A DNA stretch of 64,000 nucleotides, from assembly GCA_039621445.1 (NCBI GenBank), contig CP154954.1, forward strand, positions 6,335,425-6,399,424, read 5' to 3'. Under the pieces are notes generated by a model. It was not told where the DNA came from, did not search any database, and saw only the letters and a program-made list of their open reading frames with translations. This document shows, one piece after another, positions 12,167 through 23,237 of the stretch. Every line of letters starts with the position of its first letter. The stretch's first letter is position 1. Source of the DNA: Euglena gracilis (taxonomy: Eukaryota). The position numbers were made by a program, and so were the translations under genes.

Positions 12167-13244
12167 GGCTGCATGGGGGAGTACATCAAACACAACTCAA
12201 CTTTCCCCACCACGTGGGCGAGGCCCCCAGGGCAAGCAACCTAGAAAAGCCTTTCCGATCAACCTCCCATGGCAATCTGCCAGAGTAGAACCTTGAACTT
12301 CAATTCTCCAAATCCCTTCCACACTTCCCAACACATGCAATCCAAGACCTTGCCAGATACAACTACTACAAAGTGATGCACTGTTTGCCGTACCAATGTG
12401 AAAAAGCCAAGTAGAATTTTCAATGGGCGAAATATCTTTTCTAGCCATGCCTAATTTCAGATTGCAATCACAGATTCTGGAATACTTTGATGTCTGCTCT
12501 CACCCTCCTTCTCAGAAAAATTGTCCACAATTTACCCAGCATTCGGAGCGACATAGGACAGACCTTTATCCCACGTTGAACATCTTGATGAGCCACTTGG
12601 AACACGACAAGAAGAAGTTGAAGACGAAGTAAAACGGATGAAAGTAACCACCTTCTGCCGCAGAACGCCAGCACATGGCAGCACCAATTGCCAAACGAAA
12701 CGGCGAGAGATTTTTCGTAAACAGTAGGTGAACTCACAACCCAGCGATTATGCAAACCTACTGTAATGTCAACAACAGCAAATGACCACCAAAACCACAA
12801 ATAACCACCATCTGGTTCTCCATTACGTGCCTCAAGGCTCATCTCGATGCTCCACCTGGAAGTTCTCGAAGGCCGTGCCTCACGGCTCAGCACCAGGACC
12901 TGTAATTACAATTTCAAAGATGTCATCAATGACAATGTACAATGATGAACGGTTTGCCTTGAGAGAGTAAGAGACACCCCGGGGTCCGCACTTTGCTCTA
13001 GTGAGGCCGGATTGTTCACTGGGGGAACAGGGCATTTCCAAGAGCACCCTGGGCCCCAAGTCGTTGATAATGGCCTGTAAAAGCATCCACCCCCCTCCAC
13101 TGGCCAATTTCACAAACCTCTTGGGCAGAAATCCCCAATTTTTTGAGTAAACCAACTCCTGCCGCTCTGGTGGAGTGAGTGTGTGCGGCAGACGGGAGAT
13201 CCTACGGGGGTAGGTCGCCGGCGCGTAGTACCAAGCCGAGTATC

Positions 13245-13317
13245 GCTCGAGTAGCTTATTCGGTAAGGCACTGGGCTCACACGCGGGAGGTCGTGGGTTC
13301 GAGACCCAGGTCCCGCC
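13245..13317 (+). promoter_or_regulatory. tRNA-Val(CAC)-derived segment with Pol III A and B boxes in the 5' LTR
   Basis: TAGCTTATTCGGTAAGGC (D arm/A box), CTCACAC loop, AGGTC variable loop, GGTTCGAGACC (B box); acceptor and anticodon stems are mismatched. Confidence 0.8.
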
Positions 13318-13931
13318 GTGTGAGTCCTGATCGATCCCGTACGGGCAGAGGGCATACCGCGGGGATCGATCGGCACGTGAGGCTGCGCACGTGGACGAAT
13401 GTTGATCGGTCGGATTACCACGGACGTGGCACCTCGCTAGCGGACGAGCCACTGCAAGTAGTATGAGCTGCCCCGTGGCCGTCCAACAGCGGGTGGCTAA
13501 ACCTACATACATGGTAGCAGGGGAACTCGTCTAATGCAACACGAACCGGGACATCAGAGCCTGACCCCACGGCGCCCGGAAGGCGGAGGCGGACGCGCCG
13601 AGTCTAGGGCGACTGAAACTCCTACACCGTTCCAAAGCCTCAAGCCGATGCTAAGGAGGACGCTCCAAGGCGGCAGAGCCCGTGGAAGTCGACAACACGT
13701 AAACTTCCGGCAACAGTAAACCCGAGCTGCAGCGGTCGGCAGCCTGGTGACGCAGTACTCGTGAGAGGCACTCAGCCGACTAGGGCCGTGTGAGGCATAA
13801 CCCGAGATGCAGGGGCCACGGCCATAGTGACGCAGTGAGCTAGTGTAGTAAGGCTCTTGCGAGGGGAGTGTGCGGCAGACGGAAGATCCTACGGGGGTAG
13901 GTCGCCGGCGCGTAGTACCAAGCCGAGTATC

Positions 13932-14005
13932 GCTCGAGTAGCTTATTCGGTAAAGGCACTGGGATCACACGCGGGAGGTCGTGGGTTCGAGATCCAGGTC
14001 CCGCC
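13932..14005 (+). promoter_or_regulatory. tRNA-derived segment in the 3' LTR
   Basis: Second copy TAGCTTATTCGGTAAAGGC...ATCACAC...GGTTCGAGATCC. Confidence 0.75.
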
Positions 14006-15429
14006 GTGTGAGTCCTGATCGATCCCGTACGAGCAGAGGGCATACCGCGGGGATCAATCGGCGCGTGAGGCTGGGCACGTGGACGAACGTTGATCGGTAG
14101 GATTACCACGGGCGTGACCCCTCGCTAGCGGACGACCCACGGCAAGTAGTATGAGCTGCCCCGTGGCCGTCCAACAGCGGTTTGCTAAACCTACATACAG
14201 TGGGCCCCCCACACCTGGGGGGTTACCCCATGTTTGGACAAAAATTATTTTGTGATAGAAGCAATGGTGTCTGCACTTTTGGCTCTGGAGGAGGGTTTCA
14301 ATGAAATCAGGAGGGGCCCCCAGATCTCACGAATAAACGTGTGGCCACCACATAACACATCATTAAAATGAAAGGGGCTTATTTGTGGGCACTGGGTATG
14401 GACACAACCTTGTGGATTTTTTGGCCTTTGTGCTTAATTTTGATGAACGGTGCCCTACTCAACACGCTTGTGGTTCGTTTGACCTGTGCCAGGTATGAAG
14501 ATCTGTAGAAACAGAGTATTTGTGAGCAAAAAATAAGTTGTGTTCGCAATGTACAAATATCATTGGGCATAGGCGCCTTTACCAGCCCCAGGAGGATTGG
14601 GAGCGGAGCCCAAAATGCCCCATACTTCTCCAGATTTTTGTTCCAAAGCATCTTGTAAGGGGTCAACAGCGTGTAGAATCTCAGCCCACCAAACCCATCA
14701 AAAGCATAGCGCTGTATGTATTACGAGCTTGTTGTGTACCAGGCAGCCGTAAGGCCATGATACTGTGTATGTAGGTATAAGCCTGCGGTCAGATATAGTT
14801 CTGAGCCCCATACACAGTACTATGCTAGGTGGTATTCCTAAAGATGGCCAACGGCCTGGATTAGGAATACCTAGCTCCATAGAGCAAAAACTTGTTCTGG
14901 TTCTCCTCTCCACAGGTGGTATTATATTCTATTTTTTTTTATTCTTGACTTCACTTGATTTCAAGTTTGATTTGTTTTCAAAAATCCGGAAAGTACAGCC
15001 AAGTCACTTGGCATTCTTTGTTGCAGCCCATAGGGATCCTTCGCCTGCTTTGTGCTCTGCCTCTTTATTAAGGAAAAGGGATTTTCATTTTTTTATAATT
15101 TTTTCTCCGTTACTCCAAATTTTACCTTTTTGTGCACCCAAGGGCTAAAACAAGGAAAGGTTGGACGTACACTTGGTAGCAGTTTAGGTTTTCGATCCTT
15201 TTGACCACAAACGGTCGTGTGGCGCACCGCCTATAGGCGACCACAGGCACCACAAGCCGTTTTTGGCCAAAGCCGTACACACGGACACGTCCTCTGACAG
15301 TTCGCAGTATACGCTGCTTCAAACCTCAGAGTTCGGGTCTCTGCTTATTTTTTATACAATCCCCTCTTCTTACACTTGTTTCTGCAATTTTCGTTTCAAT
15401 CTACACTTGGTTTTTGTGTTTTTCCTGCA

Positions 15430-18400
15430 TAATGCAGAGCACAACACCAACAGCCATTGACTACGCTGCATTGATTGGTTCACTTCGAGCACTTGAACCT
15501 GCGGCATAATTGACCAGCTCTGATGAGCATTCTCAACCCCATAGGGGTACTCAAGGGTTCAGGTAATCCTCCTTCCCTTCGTGAGTCAGCCCAATGCTCA
15601 ACAGGCACACTCCCTTTTGTTAGAAAGCCGAGCGGCTGATAGTTATTCCCCCCGGCTAGATCTTGCAATGGTGCCGATAGGCACATTTGACTCTGAGGCG
15701 GATGCGCCACGACAACTTTTTTTCGAGGGTGGGTTAGAAACACCATGTCTTTTCCAGCCCCTCCCTGCGCTTCCCACCACAAGTCCGATAGGACAATTGC
15801 CAGCACCACTCGATACGGGTTCCTTTCCTGCATTGCCATGGCATCCGGAGATGCGTTTGACGGTTCCCGCTTATGCAAGCCCCGCACAATCCATGAGCAG
15901 TGATGTGGAAGAGTCGGAAAATATTTCTTCTCATCCCATTACGGCGATTCAGCGCATAGTCGCAAATATCCCAGTTGACCACCCGCTTATGCGGCAAATC
16001 TCTCATGTCCACTGTAGCGGATTGCGCTATGACGCTTAACAAGGTTTAGGATTTTGATGAAAACAACCAAAAGGTTGTAGAAAACGAGCTGGGCTACCTC
16101 TGGAGTTATGTGTGTGACGTTGGTGAATATTGCCAAACGAATTTTCAATCCACCAATGTGGACGTAGCAACTTTGCGTCAAGGTTTGGAGACACACTTGC
16201 AGGCACATTTGTCACAACACTTTCAAAAAGTGAGTGAAGCCGTGTGTGAAACACAATCCCGCAATGACGTGCTTTTCTCCAACATGCAACATAGTTTGCA
16301 AGCTTTATCCCATCAATTCAAGCCAATTCCGGCAATTTTTTCACAGTTGCAGCAAAAGTTGCATGAACCCCGATAAAAAATCCTGATTTGCGACAATTTA
16401 TCACATTGTAGCAATTATTCGCACTTGCAACGGCGTTCCAGGAAGTGCAACAGCGCATTTTCCAGTTGAGCAGTGATTCCGTGAATTTTGCCATTTTTAT
16501 GCCCAAGGAACAAAAGGTTTGCCTCCCGCACGTATGTGCACCAATTGGAGGAGAGACTTTCTTGATTGTTGCAGAAATCTTGCCCGCAATACGGAAGTAG
16601 CTGGTAGTATTCCGGATGTTACCGGCATTCAAACCGTGATAGCCGATTTGCACGAACACATGCAAGAATTGAACACAAAACTGCTTCAGGTGCAATCACC
16701 AACCCAAGGCACATTACCACCGCCAACACCCACACCCACATCCATACCCACACACTTGGAGCAGTTATGCGCTGAAATGCTTGCGGAAAATCATCAAATC
16801 ATGCAAGGATTTTGTGATAGTCTCATGAACACCGGGAAAACGGTGAAGCAGGGTGTCACAAAACGGCAAAATGACCTTACCGCGCTATCCGCGCAAGTTT
16901 TAGTGTTGAAAGAACAGCCAATGGCTGAAAAAGTCAAAGATCCGCATTCGGACCAACCCACCAAGACATCTCCACAATTGGAGGCCATTTCCAGTGCGAT
17001 TCGCACTTTAGCGGTAAGATTACAGGAATTGGACACTGGATTTTGTGCAATTTCGTAAGATTTCCAGTCGATTTTCGACAAAATCCGCTTTTGGATGAGT
17101 TACCCTCATACCGTAGGCAGATAAAGCGTTTGCAGGAGGACGTGGGCCCGATAACCGACAATTGGCAGGTTGTTGACCATTTGGAGCAAAGTGTGCATGA
17201 GTTTGCAAAAAAAAATTCACCAAATTCAAGCACAACTGCGTTCCATCCACCACAACCCGCAATCGGCTATGATTCGCACACTTGCCGCATCTTCCAGCTC
17301 AAAAAGCGCTATTCGCGCACCAGTCCTCGAGTCCACAGGCACACCGCGTTCCCACTCATACGGTGGTTCCCACCTTAGCATTACCCAATGGACGAGCTTT
17401 CTGATGATGAGTCAGGTTTTCAAGCGAAAACCAGGCCCACCCCCCTCTTAAATCAAGAGATTCGGGAACACGAACTAATTCGCGGTATCAGCCGCACCCC
17501 CACACGAGGTATTGGTCATACCTCCCAAATTCGCTTAGTAGCACCAATGGTGCAACCTGGCATGTGACACCTCACCCCCACATGCACAACCGCATCACCA
17601 TTCGTGCATTCGCGATTCCCCAAACCTGCACGATACTGATGGTACACTGAGTGGTATGTTCCATGCGCACTCGCAATCGAACAAAACCCTTGGTGCAACC
17701 ACCGGAGTACTTGCACATGGTGCGATTTTGCACCCGCGCCCACCCCCCATGAATACCACCGAATGGCCACGGGTTTCTCAGAAAGATTTCAAAGGCACCA
17801 TTGCCATCGCGAACAAGGGGAAGCCCCAATGGGACGATAACAACCCGGAGGTAATCAAGATTGAGTTTATTGATTCCCTCCCAAGGGAAGAAAAAGAACG
17901 CGCCAGACAATTTGTCATTCGCGGACGCATTTCTTTTGAGGAATTAGTTGAGCAATATTCTTCATCATGCTCAGATTGGTTCCCAGAATCAGTATGGAAA
18001 ACAAGTGGCGGCAAGTTGCCCCCCCCGGACCGCAAATGGAAGTCGATAGACTTGTGGTACTCCAAATGGCTCGGGTTGGCAGCCGAAGTTGATGAGTTAG
18101 GGGAAAAGCAAATAAAAGAACAATTTGATGCAGTATTGCTGCACTACATCCCCAAACACATCAAGGAAATTCACGGGGAGGAACTCGGGACACATTTTGA
18201 CTCTCGATGAGAGATGGAACTATGTTTCCAAACAAATGAAGTTATCACAACTTCTGGGACAGATTGAATCAGAATACCAACACTACCCCACCGCATGGAG
18301 TGATTCCAAAACACGCTATCCGCGCTCAAACACCAAATCCCTCACACGAGATTCCAAACTGTGCTATATTCACGCTCTTCTGATCAAGTTTCGGACAAAG

Positions 18401-18750
18401 TGTGCTTTTTGTGTAACCAATCAGTACATATGTCTCGCAAATGTCCGAACCCCCAAGCGCGAAAGCGCAGTAAGAACCCACGGGGATCCTTCTCTTCCTG
18501 GAGTTCGCGTACTTCGCGGTCTGCGTATTCGCAGCGGTCGGGATGCCGATCGGGTGACGGTAGGTCACGTTTACGTTCACCTCACCGCAGTAGCGGACGT
18601 GGTTTCACACCGCGAGGTCGGTCACCCCACCCCCCTACCCGCAATCGGGATGCGAATCGCGATTCTTCGTGATCTTGATCGCGAAGTGGATCATCCTCTT
18701 CGCGATCGACCGCGGTCGAGCGGATACCCGCTCCCCGCGTCGCCGTGATG
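15430..18750 (+). pseudogene. Gag-like region with CCHC zinc knuckle and RS-rich tail
   Basis: CFLCNQSVHMSRKC (CX2CX4HX4C) at ~18400-18445 followed by R/S-rich sequence; upstream coiled-coil-like fragments. Confidence 0.75.
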
Positions 18751-19141
18751 CCAAAAGGCAATCGCAATCGCGAAACCGTTGCTCCCTTCGTGGGTCTAAA
18801 GACCACCACTCATACAAGTGCCCCCGTTCCCGTTCTCCCCGCCCTATCCGGGGTTGTCGTGATTCCAATCGCGGTTCTGCCAATAGGCAGCGGGTTTGTA
18901 TCAAAATATCCTCCATCGAGGAAAAAAAACTGGAATCGGGCAGGGAGGGGGATGAGAGCAATAGAATGGCGGAAGACAGCAATAGAATTCGCGCGATACG
19001 CGCAATTTATTCTAGGAAAAGGCCGACTCCGATATGGAGTAGGGGAGCCCGAGATCTGAGGGCACGGACCTCTGGGCTGATGAACAGATGGAGGTAGGAA
19101 CTGATCACCCCTGCCCCCCCTGCCCATCGGTCTTTCTGGTC

Positions 19142-19562
19142 GGTAAACCCCCCCCCCAAATAATAAAACCTCCCCAAAAAATAACCCCCCCAAATAATAA
19201 ACCCCTCAAATAATAACCCCCCCCCTGAGGACCGAATTCGGCCGCCCAAATAATAAACCCCCCCTCCGGCAGGTGTGAATCCAAAGAAAAACAGAGTCAA
19301 AAATTAACAGAAATGTTGCCGAAAATCACAAAAATAGAAAAAATTGGTGCATAAAATGTGCCAAAAATCACCCAATTTTCAAAAAAGCCCAAAAATGTCA
19401 AAAAAGTGACCATTGGGGCCTTGGAGGGGTTTTCGGGCCAATTTTTGCCTTCAAATTTTTTGCCCAAATAATAACCCCCCCCAAAAATAAACCCCCCTGG
19501 ACCCCGAATTCGGGTTTCTAAAAAATAGACCGGGGGGGTATATTATTTGGGGGGGGTTTACC
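19142..19562. mobile_element. MITE-like element (~420 bp), copy 2, inserted between gag and protease
   Basis: TIRs ggtaaacccc(n)aaataata / tattatttggg(n)tttacc; internal similarity to 11780-12166. Confidence 0.75.
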
Positions 19563-19695
19563 CGGAAAATTTTCGCGTCCCCCACTCCCCGCGCCTGATT
19601 TTTGCTTGGAATGATGAGCAAAGTAAGCAAAGGGTCATGAACCAGTTGGCGCGACAACAATTTTACACCAGACCCTTCGCTTTGCGTACCCCCCC

Positions 19696-20040
19696 ATGGA
19701 ACTTTTGGTCCTAGCGAAAATCAAAACCCAAAATGTTTGTGCACGGGCCAAAATTTTAGTCGAAACAGGGTGTCGAATCCCCCTTCTTTTCCGCAAAGGA
19801 CTTTTACCCACCCCCGTTTTGGCTCATGCCAAGAATCTCACCAAAATTATGGCCGCTGACAACAGCCCCATGTGCGGTGGTGACTTGGGATGCATTTTGG
19901 ACATAGTCCTACCCATTATCCTGAAGCACCACACACACTCCCCACAATTACAAAATTTTCTGGGTACTTGGGCATTCGAGGCGAATATCGCCGGGTCAAA
20001 TGTCATACTGGTTTTTCCATTCCTACGACAACCCCGATTG
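19696..20040 (+). pseudogene. Aspartic protease remnant of element 2
   Basis: AKILVETGCRIPLLF (degenerate DTG), AADNSPM flap-like segment, NVILVFPFL. Confidence 0.7.
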
Positions 20041-20406
20041 GTGGTGGGATTGTCCTTCGCACGTTTTGCGCACTTCCCTCCGCACACACACCGAACCCCC
20101 AAACTTGTTCACTGTGACGTCACCCAGGACGTCCCCCCGCATTTCCATAACGTTTCCCACAACGGAAAACACCGTTTCCTACCCTAGGGGTAAATAGAAA
20201 GCTGCCCCCCTACCCACAGCACTTTTACCGCTCGTTTCCCATGCGGTAGGGAAAGCTAGTAGCTTAACCCCGCACGTTTCGCTGGGTTCCGACGCGAAAG
20301 CCCAAATGCCTGAAGTAATTACGGTGTCGAGTAGCCGCCCAGCTGCACACTTTTTTCGTTTTAAACAAGGTGTGTCGACTGCAGACTCCCCTGTACACCC
20401 CCCAAC

Positions 20407-21185
20407 GGGGTACCAAGTCGGACCTGCACCTCCAGCCTCAGTGGCACGGTGGTACCCCGGGGGCATGCCATGGAGCCGAGGCATGCCGCCAACGCAGGCC
20501 GCACCCCTCCTAAACCCACACGCTGCTCCCCGCGGCGAGTGGGCATGGAGGAGGGTGGGGTGGGCCGACCGCCCCGAAGGGATCCTAAGCGGCTTCAGTG
20601 CCGTCCGGGCAACCCCCGGGGGGGCCTGGAGGGGCGGCCGGTCAGGCAGGTGAAGCCCATACAGCCCGGAGGGTGCCTGCAGCTGGTCAGCTCCTGCCGG
20701 AGGACCGGGGTCTCGAGGGGCGCTGGGGGCCGCTGACAGGGAGCTGCAGCCGAGGAGGGGTGCCCAAGGGGCCATGCCGCGCCCCCCTCGGTTGCCCGGG
20801 TGCCCAGGCGGCCACGAACAACCCGGCCCCAGCGAGCCCCCAGTGCCCTGCAGAGACCACCGACCCCTGGCCAGGGCTGCACAGTCCCGGACACCTCACG
20901 GCAGCGGGGTGGAGCCTACCCACCTAAAGTCACCCAAGCAAGGTGGACGAGTGTCCTGGAACATGGCCCCGGAAGGGCCTGCCAGACACCCACACGCCTT
21001 CGGGCGTGTGGTCACTTGGGCGCCCCTGCTACCCATGCAGGGAGGGCAGTAGAGCCGAGTCCGAAAGGACGCTGCCCGACGTGTCAGGCCAATTGGTCCC
21101 GGAAGGGTGACGCCGCAATGTCACTTGACCGGGGGTTGCCAGGCCACAGACGACACGGAGAGAGCGGGGCTCTCTCACCCACCGA
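20407..21185. mobile_element. 779-bp GC-rich insertion flanked by a 22-bp direct repeat
   Basis: actcccctgtacaccccccaac occurs at 20385-20406 and 21186-21207; composition shifts sharply between them. Confidence 0.75.
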
Positions 21186-21869
21186 ACTCCCCTGTACACC
21201 CCCCAACAGCTACCCCAACCGACACCAACTTGTGCACTGACACCCACACAAACGCGCACCACAAGCACCAACCTTCCTACCAATGCGCTCACTGTCGGAG
21301 AATTTCCGCTTACCATGATGTTGATTGTGGATGTCTTGTTGAATGTTCCAAACTAATCCGATTTGATCCCGCACCCGGGAAATTTCATCCCGTACCCGAA
21401 CCGTTACACTTGGTAGTGGTACAGTCGGTACGGATTTAATATATAACCAAACGGTACATAGCCAGGGTACAATGGGTGATACACCCAGCCGTACACGTGG
21501 TAGTTTATCACATTTCACAACTATACCTAGCAGTCCTTCGCAATTCGCAGATGTGAATCGAGCACTACAGTGCAAAGGCATAGCCTCTCTTTTCGGTTTT
21601 GCGCATAGCGCCCCCGTGCGCTTATGGCGCTCTCCACACTCCCTGCGCATATCGCGCTGCCCGCACATAGCGCGAATTCTGCGCATATCGCGCATTCCGC
21701 TCTATCGCGTATCACCGAGGACTGGGTATATGCCCAACCCACCCATGCCCCCCCCTTGGTCGAGTCCTATGGACACGTGTGTGGATAATTCACAATTCTG
21801 TTGTTCTGTTTTACAGTATGTTCCCCCCCTTCAGGATGTGGATCAGATCTCCAAATACACCAAGGACAC

Positions 21870-22300
21870 CTGGAATGCTTTTAGGTTTGGTCAACATCGA
21901 ATTTTGAAACGTTGGTTTTCAAAAAATGCCGATATGGCGGATTCCTTTGATTTGACCTTAGAAATTGATGCATTCTCTTCCAACGTGCGTTCGCGACTAC
22001 CGCGACATTCGTCGCAACATTCTAACGCTTTTGATAAGTTTTCGGCAGACACAATCCTATGGATGCACCCCCATGAAACGTATCCCGCTTGTTGTAGATA
22101 ATATTTTTTGGGATCAAGCACGAGGACACATTACTTGTTCCTGTGAATCACGAAGCGGAATGGTTTCAAAATTTGACTTATGACACCTTTTATTGGTGGG
22201 ACCTGCCAAACGATGTTCCTCTATTCGAGGATTTCCGTGGAGCAGTGTTACCACCTTTTCAAGAAATCATTTTTCGCGTTTGTTTCTTTAATGCTTTTAA
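21870..22300 (+). pseudogene. Dam-like N6-adenine methyltransferase remnant between PR and RT of element 2
   Basis: LEIDAFSSNVRSRLPRH...NAF...ILWMHP/PMKRIPLVVDNIFWDQARG/TLLVPVNHEAEWFQNL across two frameshifts. Confidence 0.7.
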
Positions 22301-22559
22301 TGTTTCCCAAAATACGTTCCCGAATGTTATTGTGTTGGATCATACCGAGCATGTGGGAGCCGATACGTCTTTTCTCCATACTGCCGATAGGCATCACCGT
22401 TAAGCCCCACCTATGGTTGATATGACCCATAAACAGGTTCCCGCTGTCATTGAAAGTGCAGGACATCACCCCAGTTGAGCAGAATTTTGTACGCGCATCA
22501 GTCGCGAATTTTCTGGTGTTTTGGAGAATCCTGTTTACGCTTGCGATATAGCTCCCGTG

Positions 22560-23237
22560 TTTGTAAGATTGAGCTTAAACAGGCGCAAAGTCAATGCACC
22601 GGAAATTTTTCCGTTGTTCGGAGAAAGAGAGATGCTCTCAATGAAATGATTGAAAAGCTCATAGAGCAGAAGTGGATCATCCCTTACAAAAGTGAATGGA
22701 CCTCCCAAGCTTTTGTGGTTCCTAAGCCCCCAGACCCATCAGGTCAGAAAAAGTGGAGGTTGGTACTGGATTATCGGTACTTAAACTCACAAACTAAGGA
22801 TGACCCATTCCCACTACCTCTCATAGAGGACCTCATCACAAAACAAGCGGATAACTGCTTGTCGTCAATTTTCGACCTGGAGGATGGTTTCCACCAAATG
22901 CATCTGGATCTCGATTCGCAAGCCTATACGGCTTTTGTACCATCCAGAGGTGTTTACCAATGGACGGTTTTACCAATGGGTGTTAAGAATGGACCAGCAA
23001 TGTTTCAGCGCATGATCCAATGGGTCTGACGGGCTTTACCGTTTGCGCTGGTATACATTGATGATGTTTTGGGTGGTACCCTCCCCTCCATCAGCGAATA
23101 CACACGAGAATATTCTCGATATTCATTATCGTGATGTTCGCGCGGTATTAGCCGCATTTCTCAAGCATAGACTTTTTGTTAAAGGTGTTTAAATGCACTT
23201 GTTTCGCCAAACGATAAAGTTTTGTGGTCACATTCTT
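22560..23237 (+). pseudogene. Reverse transcriptase of element 2 (truncated)
   Basis: AFVVPKP..KWRLVLDYRYLNSQT, DLEDGFHQM, YQWTVLPMGVKNGPAMFQR, VYIDDV at ~23051, IKFCGHIL. Confidence 0.95.

Larger units (their letters stand above)
13180..14199 (+). mobile_element. Non-autonomous LTR retroelement (TRIM), ~1.02 kb
   Basis: ~330-bp direct repeats 13180-13511 and 13869-14199 with TG...CA ends; PBS TGGTAGCAGGGG at 13512; purine tract GAGGGGAG at 13861-13868; 5-bp TSD GTGAG/GTGGG. Confidence 0.92.
13040..14760 (-). pseudogene. DIRS-type tyrosine recombinase remnant interrupted by a TRIM
   Basis: LCFYRSSYLA (first Arg box), PLLISLKP..SADTIASITK, then across the insertion WGA/HSTRAAGVGLLKKLGISAQEVCEIGQWRGVDAFTGHYQRL (HxxR, W and catalytic Y). 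Confidence 0.85.
14910..23237 (+). mobile_element. Second Ty3/Gypsy LTR retrotransposon, decayed and 3'-truncated; order Gag(CCHC)-PR-N6A MTase-like-RT
   Basis: ...GTACA-ct-TGGTAGCAG PBS at 15174-15182; Gag-like fragments; zinc knuckle; protease; RT ending abruptly after IKFCGHIL. The left boundary is approximate. Confidence 0.85.

Noticed and set aside
13245-13317. Functional tRNA-Val gene
   Set aside because: The acceptor and anticodon stems do not pair properly and the segment sits inside duplicated LTRs, so it is treated as a tRNA-derived promoter.
20407-20500. HDV-like ribozyme at the insert end
   Set aside because: A terminal stem and a CCA-loop-TGG hairpin exist, but I could not fit them to the nested double-pseudoknot topology.
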